From the NCBI GenBank assembly GCA_043799545.1, contig JAZDNO010000014.1, forward strand, positions 22,795-86,794: a stretch of 64,000 nucleotides of DNA, read 5' to 3'. Of this stretch, positions 51,333 through 61,301 are shown in pieces (the stretch's first letter is position 1; each line of letters starts with the position of its first letter). The position numbers and the translations under genes are program-made. The stretch comes from Methanobacteriota archaeon (lineage in GTDB: Archaea; Thermoplasmatota; Thermoplasmata; SG8-5; DAIRED01). Under the pieces are notes generated by a model, which saw only the letters and a list, made by a program, of their open reading frames with translations, did no database searches and was not told the origin of the DNA.

Positions 51333-52343
51333 ATGAGCATCTACGACACGCAGAAAAGGCTGAAGGCCGTGAAGCACTCTACAATCATCTGGTTGGCGCT
51401 GGTCTTCCTGACGGACATCTCCCTGGCGATAGGCATGGTCTATTCGCCGGACGGGACTGTGGCGCTGGCGCTGGTCGTGGTGATGGCGTTTTTCACGCTC
51501 ATAATCCCCTACATGTTCGGCGAAAAGAACGTCAAGAAGATGGCGGCCGCAGGGCTGGTGGTCATCCTGGTGGTCGGGTTGCTCGAAGGCGTGATATATC
51601 TCAACGCGCTCTACAGCGTGAACCCCGAGGCCACGCGCTCCGGCGACTCGATCCTGACCGAAGGGCTCGTCACCCCGTATCAGGATGTAAGCGCGACTAA
51701 TTTCACATACACCGTGGTCTACAGCGGAAATTTGCCCGATTCGCTGGCCGACGTGAGGCTAAACGTATCCGACATAGCCGGCGGGGATGTTGAGCTAAAC
51801 GCGACAATGCATCTCGCACCGGGCGAGAACGCGAGCGCATCGTCGAGGAGATACATCTACCAGGCGGAACTGCCCGGCTCGATGTACCAGTACCGCTTCG
51901 AGACGTTCGACAACAGCGGCAACTACACGACCACCAGCTCCGCGCTGGGCCCAATCAACGCCCCCATGGGCCAGTTCATAGCCCCGATTTGCCTGTACGC
52001 CGTGATGACCATGTTCCTCCAGGCGGGGATGCTCTTCTTCATAGGCCTGCTGATGTACTGGTGGCTCAGGAAGGGGAAGGAGGAGCGCGCGAAGTGGAAG
52101 ACCGAGCTGGGCGAATCCAAGCCTCCGAAGGGCGCGGACTTCAAGTGCACGGATTGCGGCGCATTCGTCAGCGACGACGACAAGTTCTGCCCGAAATGCG
52201 GGGTGAAGTTCGACGACTCTGACTCAGATAGAAAGGGAGACGACAAAGGCGACGAGAAGCAGCCGGAGAAAGAGCTGGGCGAATCCAAGCCAGTAGAGTA
52301 CGAGAAATCTGTCGAAAGACCTGAAGAGGGCAAAAAGCCTTGA
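51333..52343 (+). CDS. Membrane protein with extracellular domain and cytoplasmic Zn-ribbon
   Basis: Three N-terminal TMs, one C-terminal TM, CTDCG..CPKCG; GAGGAG before ATG 51333. Confidence 0.75.
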   Translation: MSIYDTQKRLKAVKHSTIIWLALVFLTDISLAIGMVYSPDGTVALALVVVMAFFTLIIPYMFGEKNVKKMAAAGLVVILVVGLLEGVIYLNALYSVNPEATRSGDSILTEGLVTPYQDVSATNFTYTVVYSGNLPDSLADVRLNVSDIAGGDVELNATMHLAPGENASASSRRYIYQAELPGSMYQYRFETFDNSGNYTTTSSALGPINAPMGQFIAPICLYAVMTMFLQAGMLFFIGLLMYWWLRKGKEERAKWKTELGESKPPKGADFKCTDCGAFVSDDDKFCPKCGVKFDDSDSDRKGDDKGDEKQPEKELGESKPVEYEKSVERPEEGKKP

Positions 52344-53260
52344 CCGAGGAGAAATTTTTCAGGACATATTACGTCTGGCCGAGGTTTCCATCCGTATCCA
52401 TCTCGGGCAGTGTATGCGCCCTCGACTGCCTCCATTGCGGGAAAGAATACCTGAAGTTCATGACGCCGGCGGCGACCCCCGCTGCGCTTGAGGAGGTGGG
52501 GCGGCGCCTGGTGAACGACAAGGCTGGAGAGGGCATGCTCATCTCCGGCGGCTGCGATAAGAAGGGGCGCATGCTGAACCTGCCCAAGTTTCTTCCGGCG
52601 CTGGAAAAACTACATGACATGGGGTTGATAATAAAGCTGCACACTGGCTTGGTCGATGAGAAGCTGGCCCGTGGAATCGCCGAGGCCGGGGTGGACATAA
52701 CCTCGATGGAATTCGTCGGCTCGCGTGAGTCGGCCAGAGAGATATTCGGCATCAACGCGGGTCCTGAGGATTACGCGGAAACATTCGCCCACCTGCGCGA
52801 CGCAGGCGTGCCGCACATCGCACCCCACGTGGCCGTGGGGCTCCACCGCGGCGAGTTGTTGGGGGAGTTCGAGGCGCTCGACTCGCTGCGGAAAACGGTC
52901 GAGCCATCGACGATCGCGCTCATCGCCTTCAGGCCGACGAAGGGAACGAAGCTTGAATGCTGCAAACCGCCCAGCGCTGAGGCCATGGAGCGAGTCGCAA
53001 GCCATGCGAGGAAACTCTTCCCCGAAACAAAAATCATCCTCGGGGCGCTCAGGCCCAGAGGGACTGGCGCTGAGTCGGGAAAAGCGGTCAGGGAGGGGCT
53101 GGAGATGGCCGCGCTGCGCGGTGGGATATCCGGGGCGGAGGTGCCATCCGCTGCCATGCTGGCAGAAATCCGGGCAATGGAATACAAAATCAAGCGCATC
53201 GAGGCTTTCGGCGTTTTGCCCGAGGAGTACGAAGAGCGCGTGAAGTGGAAGTGGGAGTAG
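52340..53260 (+). CDS. Radical SAM protein (biotin-synthase-related group)
   Basis: CALDCLHC (CxxxCxxC), ISGGC, KLHTG, PHVAVGL. Confidence 0.85.
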   Translation: MTEEKFFRTYYVWPRFPSVSISGSVCALDCLHCGKEYLKFMTPAATPAALEEVGRRLVNDKAGEGMLISGGCDKKGRMLNLPKFLPALEKLHDMGLIIKLHTGLVDEKLARGIAEAGVDITSMEFVGSRESAREIFGINAGPEDYAETFAHLRDAGVPHIAPHVAVGLHRGELLGEFEALDSLRKTVEPSTIALIAFRPTKGTKLECCKPPSAEAMERVASHARKLFPETKIILGALRPRGTGAESGKAVREGLEMAALRGGISGAEVPSAAMLAEIRAMEYKIKRIEAFGVLPEEYEERVKWKWE

Positions 53261-53297
53261 CGGGAAACCCCATATACCCCGTCTGCGATTAACCGTC

Positions 53298-53696
53298 ATG
53301 CACGACGAAGACCCATTGAAGATTATCGAGAGGTTCCACGGCCATCTCGGACCGTACGTTGCCATAGGCTACAGGATGGGGGCGCTCGCCCGCGAGAGGC
53401 TGGGCGCTGGCAAGATGCGCGCCGTCTTCCTCTCCAAGATTCAGCCGCCGGTCTCCTGCGCCGTCGACGGCATCCAGCTTTCCTCCGGTTGCACGATGGG
53501 CAAGGGGCAGATTACAGTGGACGACCAGGGGCTCGTGGCCGCGGACTTCACCGTTGGAGAAAGAAAAATCCGCATCAGGCTGAAGGACGCCGTCAAGGCC
53601 AGGGTCGACGCTGGGATGAGCCACGAGACTGAGCGGGCGTACGCCGCCGAGATGATGGCCGCGCCCGAGGAAGAGCTGTTCGAGGTCATCCCTTGA
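53298..53696 (+). CDS. FmdE-family protein
   Basis: RFHGHLGP..IGYRMG, CAVDGIQLSSGCTMGKG. Confidence 0.88.
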   Translation: MHDEDPLKIIERFHGHLGPYVAIGYRMGALARERLGAGKMRAVFLSKIQPPVSCAVDGIQLSSGCTMGKGQITVDDQGLVAADFTVGERKIRIRLKDAVKARVDAGMSHETERAYAAEMMAAPEEELFEVIP

Positions 53697-54199
53697 TGGA
53701 GTGGCTATCTTCGAAGGTCGCGATGGCCGTCGCAGTGCTGGTCATCACTGGCTCGGTGCTTGGGTATTACGCCTATCAGCGCTCGTCGTCGTACGAGGGG
53801 GAGGTCGCAGAGGTCGCCCGCTCGATGGCGCGCTGGATCGAATCGTTTTCCGCGGCCAATGGCGAGATACGCTCCAACATCACCTTCGACGGATGGGGGA
53901 ACCTTAAGCTCCCCGAGTCGATCAACGGCAATCCGGTGAGCGTCAATTTGAGCCGCAACAATGTCATCGTGACTTGTGGCAAGTACGTCGTTTTGGAGGA
54001 GCACACCGTTCCGACGATTCATTTATGGGAACCCCAGAACCGTTCGATGAACACGTCCGCCATCGCCCTCATGGATATAGTCAATCCCTGGACGGGGAAC
54101 GTGTCCAGTCCCGGGAAATTAGTGCTCGAACGCCATTCGATAATCGTCTCGGGGGCCGAGCAGCTCTTCACCTTCTGCTACCGCGCCGAAGATGCCTGA
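53693..54199 (+). CDS. Hypothetical protein with N-terminal membrane anchor
   Basis: Overlaps the upstream stop; N-terminal hydrophobic helix. Confidence 0.7.
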   Translation: MMEWLSSKVAMAVAVLVITGSVLGYYAYQRSSSYEGEVAEVARSMARWIESFSAANGEIRSNITFDGWGNLKLPESINGNPVSVNLSRNNVIVTCGKYVVLEEHTVPTIHLWEPQNRSMNTSAIALMDIVNPWTGNVSSPGKLVLERHSIIVSGAEQLFTFCYRAEDA

Positions 54200-54201
54200 G
54201 C

Positions 54202-54747
54202 TTATCCGCCCATCAGCCTCACGAATGCGTCCCCTATCGCCGCGAACAGGATGCCGACGAGTATCGCCCTGCACATTCCGGCCAGTATGTTGGTGGCGAA
54301 GAACCATTTGTTCTCGAATATCTTGCCGTCCCTGTTGAGGAATGAGAAAAGGTAGAGTGGAATCGTATCGGCCATCAGCGGTATCGAAAGGATGATGTAT
54401 AGGCCGAGATAACCGAGCTTCTGGACCAGCCAGCTCGATTTGTCCATCAGGGACTGGAACCATTTCCACTTGAGCCACCGCCTCACGTCGTCCTCGAGCT
54501 TCACCCCGATGGTGAACACTATCTGGCCGCCGGTGGCCTTTCCCAGGCCCATCACCACGGCCAGAATCATGAAGCTCTGGAAGACCGGCAGCCCGAAGAG
54601 CTGGAAATGTCCGGCCGCCAACCCTATGAGGCCCAGCTCCACGGGAATCGGCAAAATGACGGCAGCCAGGATGCAGTAAACGTAGAACAGCAGGACGTAT
54701 GTCCACGGATTTGACGCCGCGTCCGACAGCGCCCCCATCGGGTCCAT
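54202..54747 (-). CDS. DedA/VTT-like membrane protein
   Basis: ILPIPVE, GKATG..G, LSIPLMAD; TGATG-coupled to taw1. Confidence 0.7.
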   Translation of the reverse strand: MDPMGALSDAASNPWTYVLLFYVYCILAAVILPIPVELGLIGLAAGHFQLFGLPVFQSFMILAVVMGLGKATGGQIVFTIGVKLEDDVRRWLKWKWFQSLMDKSSWLVQKLGYLGLYIILSIPLMADTIPLYLFSFLNRDGKIFENKWFFATNILAGMCRAILVGILFAAIGDAFVRLMGG

Positions 54748-55688
54748 CAGCCATCCCCCTTCATCGCCAGCCGCTTGCCCTTCGGCCCCACCACAGCCAC
54801 CCTGCTTCCCGGGCTCTCGCCCAGGACATCGAAGCCCAGCTCCCCGCAGAGCTTTCCCGAGAAGTCGCGGACCTCGTCCATGGACGGCATGTTGGAGTTG
54901 TGCATCCTCTCGCGCGAATAGCCGACGAACACATACCCTTTCGGCTCGATGAAATCGGGCTCGGCCAGCTCGTCCAGCCGCGCGTATTCGGCCTCCCAGC
55001 CGAGGTTCCAATCCTTCACGAGCGTGTGGCGGATGACCTTGCGCGTGCCGAGCGACGGGAAGAGCTCCAGCGTCTCCCTGAGGTCCTTCCAGCCGGTCTT
55101 CGTGGTTGGCGCGCAGACCTTCCTGTAAATCTCCTCGTTCGGCGCGGCCACCGTGACGTAGAGTTGCGTCGGCAGGTGGCTCAGCCTTGCCAACGCCTTG
55201 GGGTTCGTGCCGTTCGTCACGAGGAAAGTGGTCATCCCCCGAGATTTACAGAGGCCAATGAAATCCCCCAGCCTCTCGTAGAGAGTCGGCTCGCCCGAAA
55301 GGGAAATCGCCACCTGGTTCGGCTCGCAGGCCTCGCGCCACATCTCCGGCTTGCACCTTTCGTCCCCCTTGAAGCCGGATATCAGCTTCCTCTGCGCCTC
55401 CATGCATCCGTCGAGTATGAGCTCGGGCTCGTCCCCCCCTTCGAGCTTGTCCACAGTGAATCCCTGGAAGCGCCAGCAGAACAGGCATGCCTGGTTGCAC
55501 TGGTTGACCGTCGGCGTCATCTGGAGGCATCGGTGGCATTCGATTCCGTAGAATTTTTCCTTGTAGCACTCGCGCCCACGCAGCAATTTCTCGCCGAGCC
55601 AGTGGCACAGCTTCACTCCGCTGTGGTCTCCCACTACGCGGTATCCCTGCCTCGCGAGGATTTCCCTCAACTCGTCCCGGACAGGCAC
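54747..55688 (-). CDS. taw1: 4-demethylwyosine synthase (TYW1/Taw1, radical SAM)
   Basis: HSGVKLCHW, FYGIECHRC, CNQACLFCWR, SLSGEPTLY, VTNGT, EPKGY. Confidence 0.95.
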   Translation of the reverse strand: MPVRDELREILARQGYRVVGDHSGVKLCHWLGEKLLRGRECYKEKFYGIECHRCLQMTPTVNQCNQACLFCWRFQGFTVDKLEGGDEPELILDGCMEAQRKLISGFKGDERCKPEMWREACEPNQVAISLSGEPTLYERLGDFIGLCKSRGMTTFLVTNGTNPKALARLSHLPTQLYVTVAAPNEEIYRKVCAPTTKTGWKDLRETLELFPSLGTRKVIRHTLVKDWNLGWEAEYARLDELAEPDFIEPKGYVFVGYSRERMHNSNMPSMDEVRDFSGKLCGELGFDVLGESPGSRVAVVGPKGKRLAMKGDG

Positions 55689-57104
55689 CTAAAACTCCCC
55701 CAGGCTGCGCTGCGCCCTCCTCTCCGGTTTCGGAACCGCCCCGGGCCCGGCATTGGCCAGCGTTTTGTCCGGCTTGTCGTCCAGGGCGGCGAGCCTGCGC
55801 CCTTCCTCGAGAACGCGGGCGACCTCGTCCGAGTCAATCTTCACATCGAGAAGATAGGCTATCTCCTCCTCGGAGAGCGACAGGGACGTGAGCAGGTTGC
55901 GCCTGAGCTCCGCCGACTCTTTCCCGCCGAAGATTCCCGCGTACAGCGGCATGCTCTCGGAAAGAACCTCGCCCGAGGAACTGTGGGTGTAGAACGCTAG
56001 CTTCAGGCTCAGCGACCTCCGCACCGCGCGCTTGCCCTTGCTCGAGCCCATCATCCTTATCCAGAACGGGAACTCGTACCTGAACCCCACCCTGAGGGGG
56101 GCCCTGCGGGACTGCGCGACCCCTGCGGTCATCATGTCCGTGCCGTAAGACCAGAATCCGTAATATTTCATCCTTTCGGCCCTGCTGATGAATACGTCCG
56201 CCCGTGCCAGGGCATGGTAAGCGCTGTCCAAATCGGCCGGCGATTCGAATGCGATGGCCACATTGTGCTCCATCCAGGTCAGGAAATCAGAAGGCTCCTC
56301 GTCGATGTCCATCGTCGCCTGCCTGGCCCGCTTGAAATCCTTCGCCGAGAAGACCTTGCGCACGGCGTCAAAGGGCGAGAGCTGCACGTCCCTGGCGCCT
56401 ATCGCCGCGAGAGCGTTCTCCCCCACCTCCCCGGGATTTCCGTTCAGGACCGTCTGGAGGTCGTTGACCGCCGAGCGCATGTCCCCTCCCGACCGGTCGG
56501 CTATCGAATCCAGCACCGCCTTCGGCGCCGCGACCTTCTCGAGCGCGCAAATCTCCCCGAGCCTCCTGACAATCGACGGCTGCCTCGGCGCATCGAATTT
56601 CAGGACCAGGCAAAGCGAATCCAGAGACGACGCCTTGCGCCTGAGCTCGTAGTAATCGTTCGCCACGAGGATGACCGGCTGCTTCGTTTCGCGGATTAGC
56701 TCGATTATCGCCCTGTATCCGCCTTGATCCTGCCGCCCGGCGACGTTGTCCGCCTCGTCGAGGATTATCAGCTTGCGCTCGCCCAACGCCGCGGATTTGA
56801 ATTCGCCGTCGCGCGTGAACGTCTCGTAGACTGAGCCGCGCGTCGCCACGTCTTTTATGGCGGCCGTATTGCGCTGGTCCGAGGCGTTCAGCTCGATGAT
56901 GCTCCACCCCCTTTCCAGAGCGAGGGCGTGCGCCGCGGTGGTTTTCCCTATGCCCGGGCGTCCGACTAGGAGGGCCGCTCTTTTTTTCATCGTCGGGGTT
57001 CCCCAGTTTTCGGCCCAGTCGGCGAGCGCCTTGATTGACGCCACGTTTCCAACTATGTCGGCGAGTCGTTTCGGCCTGTACTTCTCGGCCCAATCCAAAC
57101 CCAT
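55689..57104 (-). CDS. rfcL: Replication factor C large subunit
   Basis: WAEKYRP, GRPGIGKTT, ELNASDQR, ILDEAD, GDMRSAVNDLQ. Confidence 0.95.
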   Translation of the reverse strand: MGLDWAEKYRPKRLADIVGNVASIKALADWAENWGTPTMKKRAALLVGRPGIGKTTAAHALALERGWSIIELNASDQRNTAAIKDVATRGSVYETFTRDGEFKSAALGERKLIILDEADNVAGRQDQGGYRAIIELIRETKQPVILVANDYYELRRKASSLDSLCLVLKFDAPRQPSIVRRLGEICALEKVAAPKAVLDSIADRSGGDMRSAVNDLQTVLNGNPGEVGENALAAIGARDVQLSPFDAVRKVFSAKDFKRARQATMDIDEEPSDFLTWMEHNVAIAFESPADLDSAYHALARADVFISRAERMKYYGFWSYGTDMMTAGVAQSRRAPLRVGFRYEFPFWIRMMGSSKGKRAVRRSLSLKLAFYTHSSSGEVLSESMPLYAGIFGGKESAELRRNLLTSLSLSEEEIAYLLDVKIDSDEVARVLEEGRRLAALDDKPDKTLANAGPGAVPKPERRAQRSLGEF

Positions 57105-57241
57105 GGAAGGATGTATGACTCATGCCTGTTAATATCTTTTCCCGGGACAGCCAGCGGTCCTCCCGAAGGAGCCTTTATATAGGAGTTATGGTTTAGGGGA
57201 CTTCCCCAGTTTATATGTACTGGTTGATTGGAGGTTCCAGT

Positions 57242-57850
57242 TTGGCTGACGAGCAGAAGAAACCTGTCGAGGGCAAGGCGAAGCCCGTGAAGGCTGACAA
57301 GGCCGACAAGGGCGATAAGGCAGCGAAGGACAAGCCCCAGAAGGCCCCAGCTTCCCTCAAAAAGATGGAAGAGGATTTCAAGTACATAGTCAGGATTCGC
57401 CAGACCGACATCGACGGGAAGAAGCCCGCGATAATAGGTCTGTCCAGCATCAAGGGGGTCGGCATGAGGATAGCCGAGCTTGTTATTCGGGAGATAGACT
57501 TCCCGAGGAACGAGAAGATCGGCCGCATGAAGGATCCCCAGATAGAGCAGGTCGAGAAGATAATCGCAGGCCTTTCGGAGACACTTCCGGAATGGATGGT
57601 CAACCGCCAGCACGACTTCGAGACGGGGGAGAGCGTCCACCTCCTCGGAAGCGACATGGACACCTTCAAGCGCGACGACATCAACAGGATGAAGATGATT
57701 AGGTGCTACAAGGGAATCAGGCACGAGCAGGGCGGAAAGGTCCGCGGCCAGCGCACCCGTTCCAACGGCCGCACCGGCTTGACGCTCGGAGTGGTCAATG
57801 GAGAGGTAGGCGCCAAGGCCGCCGCCCCCGAAAAGGAAGAAAAGAAATAG
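57242..57850 (+). CDS. rps13: 30S ribosomal protein uS13
   Basis: IKGVG, WMVNRQHD, IRCYKGIRH, GQRTRSNGR; TTG 57242 follows GGAGG. Confidence 0.96.
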   Translation: MADEQKKPVEGKAKPVKADKADKGDKAAKDKPQKAPASLKKMEEDFKYIVRIRQTDIDGKKPAIIGLSSIKGVGMRIAELVIREIDFPRNEKIGRMKDPQIEQVEKIIAGLSETLPEWMVNRQHDFETGESVHLLGSDMDTFKRDDINRMKMIRCYKGIRHEQGGKVRGQRTRSNGRTGLTLGVVNGEVGAKAAAPEKEEKK

Positions 57851-57861
57851 GGGGATAGAAA

Positions 57862-58533
57862 ATGGGCGATCCTAAGTTTGCCAGGAGAAAGTTCGACACG
57901 CCTTCCCACCCGTGGGAGGGGGAGCGCATCGAGGCTGAGAACGAGCTTCTGAAGAAGTACGGCTTGAAGAACAAGCGCGAGGTCTGGAAGGGGCGTTCGA
58001 CGCTGAGGCACTTCAGGCAGAGGGCGCGCGTGCTGCAGGGGCAGGTCCGTTACAAGGACGCCCAGGCCGAGCGAGAGATGAAGGAACTAATAGACAGCCT
58101 TCTGCGCCTGGGTCTCCTGAAGCCCGAGCAGGCGACGCTCGACGACGTCCTGGCGATGAGCCTCGACGACATCCTGAGCCGGAGGCTCCAGACAATCACC
58201 TACATCAAAGGATACACGCGGACGCCGAACCAGGCGAGGCAGTTCATCACCCACGGCCACATATCGATAGGCGACCGCAAGGTCACAATCCCTGGATACC
58301 TCGTTCCGAAGGACGAGGAGGAGAAGGTCGTCTACAACCCGCGCTCGCCGATTGCCAACGACCTGCACCCGGCAAGGCCGAGGGACGAGAACGCCCCGCC
58401 GCTGCCGTCCCGCGAGGAACCGGTAGCTGAGCCGGAGCCCCAGGCAGAGCCTCAACCGGCAACTCCGCCAGCCGCCGCCCAACCCGCAGCACCGCCGACG
58501 GCCCAACCTGAAACCAAGGAGGCAGCCAAATGA
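57862..58533 (+). CDS. rps4: 30S ribosomal protein uS4 with Pro/Ala/Gln-rich tail
   Basis: [36 protein letters not shown]. Confidence 0.97.
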   Translation: MGDPKFARRKFDTPSHPWEGERIEAENELLKKYGLKNKREVWKGRSTLRHFRQRARVLQGQVRYKDAQAEREMKELIDSLLRLGLLKPEQATLDDVLAMSLDDILSRRLQTITYIKGYTRTPNQARQFITHGHISIGDRKVTIPGYLVPKDEEEKVVYNPRSPIANDLHPARPRDENAPPLPSREEPVAEPEPQAEPQPATPPAAAQPAAPPTAQPETKEAAK

Positions 58534-58913
58534 CGAAAATCGGAGTCGCCCACATCTACGCATCCTATAACAATATCATCATCACTGTGACAGACCAGAC
58601 CGGCGCGGAGACGATCACGAAGTGCACCGGCGGCATGGTCGTCAAGACGCAGAAGGACCAGGCCAGCCCGTACGCCGCCATGAAGGCGGCCGAGAAGATA
58701 GCCGAGACCATCAAGGAGAAGGGTTTCGACACCCTGAACATCAAGGTCAGGGCGCAGGGGGGCAACAAGGAGCCGATGCCGGGGCCAGGAGCCCAGGCGG
58801 CCATCAGGTCCCTCGCGAGGGCAGGAGTCAGGATCGGTCGCATCGAAGACGTAACCCCGCTGCCGCACGACGGCACTAAAAAGAAAGGGGGGAGGCGCGG
58901 GCGGCGCGTCTAA
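58530..58913 (+). CDS. rps11: 30S ribosomal protein uS11
   Basis: [33 protein letters not shown]. Confidence 0.98.
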   Translation: MTKIGVAHIYASYNNIIITVTDQTGAETITKCTGGMVVKTQKDQASPYAAMKAAEKIAETIKEKGFDTLNIKVRAQGGNKEPMPGPGAQAAIRSLARAGVRIGRIEDVTPLPHDGTKKKGGRRGRRV

Positions 58914-58922
58914 GGTGTGTGC

Positions 58923-59762
58923 ATGAAAATTGAAAAAATAAAGATTGACGAACACGGAGCCAGGGCCGTCCTGTCTGACGTCACGCCGTCGTTCATGAAC
59001 GCGCTGAGGCGCGCACTCATGGCCGAGGTTCCGAAGATGGCGATAAGCGACGTGGAGTTCCACCTGGGCGCCATCAGCGACGAGGAGGGCAAGGCGTTCG
59101 AGAGCACGGCTCCGCTGTTCGACGAGATGATTGCCCACAGGCTCTCGCTCGTCCCGATACCGACGGACCTCTCGCTCTTCACCTTCCGCAGCGAATGCTC
59201 ATGCAAAGGCGAGGGCTGCCCAACCTGCACTATAATGTATTCGCTCAACAAGAAGGGCCCGGCAGTCGTTTACTCCGGGGACCTCGAACCACTGGGGGAC
59301 GACAAGTTCCGCGTGAAGGACCCCCTGATTCCGCTGACCAAGCTCGCGGACGGCGAAGCGTTGCTGATATACGGCACGGCAACCCTCGGACGGGGGCGCG
59401 AGCACGCGAAGTGGCAGGCCACCCAGGCGGTCGGCTACAACTATTATCCGTCCATCGCTATAAGCAAGAAGTGCGACGGGTGCGGGGACTGCATCAAGCG
59501 CTGCCCGCGCGAAGTTCTGGCCAAGAAGGACGGGAAGGCCGTCGTCGAGAAGCTCGAGGATTGCACCCTTTGCAAGACGTGCGTCGAGGTCTGCCCGCAG
59601 AAGGCGGTCACTCTTTCGGAGGACTCGACGAAGGTAATCTTCAAGTTCGAAACGGACGGGTCGGTCCCGCCGAAGGACGCGCTGCTGTTTGCGCTCAAGT
59701 ACCTTGAGGATGCGTTCGGAACGCTGCGCGATGCAGTGGGCGATATGGAAGACGCCGCCTAA
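58923..59762 (+). CDS. rpoD: RNA polymerase subunit D (Rpo3) with ferredoxin-like domain
   Basis: NALRRALM, DEMIAHRLSLVP, HAKWQ, two CxxCxxCxxxCP motifs; start at ATG 58923. Confidence 0.96.
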   Translation: MKIEKIKIDEHGARAVLSDVTPSFMNALRRALMAEVPKMAISDVEFHLGAISDEEGKAFESTAPLFDEMIAHRLSLVPIPTDLSLFTFRSECSCKGEGCPTCTIMYSLNKKGPAVVYSGDLEPLGDDKFRVKDPLIPLTKLADGEALLIYGTATLGRGREHAKWQATQAVGYNYYPSIAISKKCDGCGDCIKRCPREVLAKKDGKAVVEKLEDCTLCKTCVEVCPQKAVTLSEDSTKVIFKFETDGSVPPKDALLFALKYLEDAFGTLRDAVGDMEDAA

Positions 59763-59864
59763 CTTGCTGAAATTGCTCAGGGTTCCGGCGTAATATTATC
59801 AAGCCATCTCTCATCGGACGTCGGCAGATTTTATATGGGGGTAGGCATTCACCCAACCACCCAT

Positions 59865-59948
59865 GCGGGGGTAGCTAAGCCTGGTCAACGGCGCTAGATT
59901 GAGGGTCTAGTCCTTAGTGGTCCAAGGGTTCAAATCCCTTCTCCCGCA
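59865..59948 (+). tRNA. tRNA-Leu(GAG)
   Basis: Acceptor GCGGGGG/CTCCCGC, anticodon arm CTAGA-TT-GAG-GG-TCTAG, long variable arm, TTCAAAT loop; no intron. Confidence 0.95.
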
Positions 59949-60097
59949 TAAATTTTCTATAGATGCAAAGGGAGAAGGGATAGCCCTAACGGTTTCCGTC
60001 ATTTACTCAGTGAGGAGTTAGGGCGTATCTGGCTTGAGCTCATGTACTAAGCTGAATCTCAAGCCAATGTGTTTGTTTTCGTTGTAAGCAAAACATT
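59934..60097. repeat. Four contiguous inverted repeats directly after tRNA-Leu
   Basis: ATCCCTTCTCCC/GGGAGAAGGGAT (59934-45/59970-81), GCCCTAAC/GTTAGGGC (59983-90/60017-24), TGGCTTGAG/CTCAAGCCA (60030-38/60058-66), imperfect AATGTGTTTGTTT/AAGCAAAACATT (60066-97). Confidence 0.75.
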
Positions 60098-60130
60098 TTT
60101 ACTACGCTCGCGAATTCCCCTCCGGTATTC

Positions 60131-60454
60131 ATGACCGACTACGACATCAAGAAGGGCCATTTCGCGAACGTGGAGGGTGCCAAGCTCGAAGCTCTGGCAA
60201 AGGAGGTATTCGGGAACGCTAGGGCGCTCCCCGACGGAGCCGTCGTCTTCTCATTCGGGGCCATCGAGGAAGGTCGGGCGCAGGCGAAGTCCCCCAAGTC
60301 TCTTGAGGCCACGACGAAGATGAAGCTGGTCGAGGACTCGCTCGCTCTGGAATCCATCCGGCGCTGGAACCAGTTTCTGGAAAGTGCCACCGGGTTCAAC
60401 ACAAAGGAGAGGAAAGCAAGGCTCAACAAAAAGGCGAAGGATGGAAAGCTTTAA
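60131..60454 (+). CDS. Small conserved archaeal protein (DUF5611-like)
   Basis: YDIKKGH, SFGAI, RRWNQFLESATGFNTKER. Confidence 0.75.
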   Translation: MTDYDIKKGHFANVEGAKLEALAKEVFGNARALPDGAVVFSFGAIEEGRAQAKSPKSLEATTKMKLVEDSLALESIRRWNQFLESATGFNTKERKARLNKKAKDGKL

Positions 60455-60531
60455 ATGGTTATTTAGCTTATCGGTATATAACAACTGCGGGCCAGCAAAA
60501 GTCCGCGGATAAACTATTCGGAGGAAAGTTG

Positions 60532-61227
60532 ATGACAGAGCAGAATGAGATGAAACTGACCACGGCGGAGCCGGCGGCGTTTGGCCTTTTGGGACTCGCC
60601 ATCGTGACCCTAGTCGCCGGGGCGGTTAAATTGGGATGGGTGGATGGGGACTACAACAGCTACTTCATCGTGCCCTGGGCTTTCATGCTGGGCGCAATCC
60701 CGCAGCTGATAACGTCGTTCATGGAATTCAGGCGCAACAACGTTTTCGGCGCGACTGCGTTCGGGGCATACGGTATGTTCTGGCTCGGCCTCGGGCTGAC
60801 CTACATGTGGGCGTTCGACAACAACCTGGCAAACACGAACTATCTGGACCACCTCGGGTTCGCCTTCGTGGGGTACCTGATTTTCAACACCTACATGATG
60901 ATTGGTTCGATGACCCTCAACAAGGGTCTCTTCGCGGTATTCGCGTTCATCGAACTGCTGTTCATCGGCCTTATAATGAGCATCTTCTTCGCGGACACCT
61001 GGGCAGACTGGGGCAAGTTCGCGGGATGGGCCGAACTCGGCGTGTCGATCTCCGCCTTCTACGTCTCGGCGGCGGTCGTGCTTAACCAGACCACATGCTA
61101 CCAGGTCCTTCCGCTGGGAAAGCCGTTTCTGAAGCCGAAGCAGCTCTGCACACTGCCAGATGAGGCGACGCCCTCAATCAAAACAGCGCCGAGCGACGAG
61201 CAAATCGAAACGCCATCACCGAAGTGA
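60532..61227 (+). CDS. Acetate uptake transporter (GPR1/FUN34/SatP family)
   Basis: AEPAAFGLLG, NNVFGATAFGAYGMFW, six TMs; GGAGG before ATG 60532. Confidence 0.9.
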   Translation: MTEQNEMKLTTAEPAAFGLLGLAIVTLVAGAVKLGWVDGDYNSYFIVPWAFMLGAIPQLITSFMEFRRNNVFGATAFGAYGMFWLGLGLTYMWAFDNNLANTNYLDHLGFAFVGYLIFNTYMMIGSMTLNKGLFAVFAFIELLFIGLIMSIFFADTWADWGKFAGWAELGVSISAFYVSAAVVLNQTTCYQVLPLGKPFLKPKQLCTLPDEATPSIKTAPSDEQIETPSPK

Positions 61228-61301
61228 TTCCGCCAGCTTAAATCCCTTTACCTTTCCATATTTTAGACAACATTGAATACCATTACGGCGTTTCACCCCT
61301 C

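Noticed and set aside
58923-59762. Ferredoxin-like domain in RpoD
   Set aside because: Fe-S-containing RpoD is well known in archaea.
59865-60130. Integrated element (att site) at tRNA-Leu
   Set aside because: No direct repeat of the tRNA 3' end and no integrase in the window; the repeat present is inverted.
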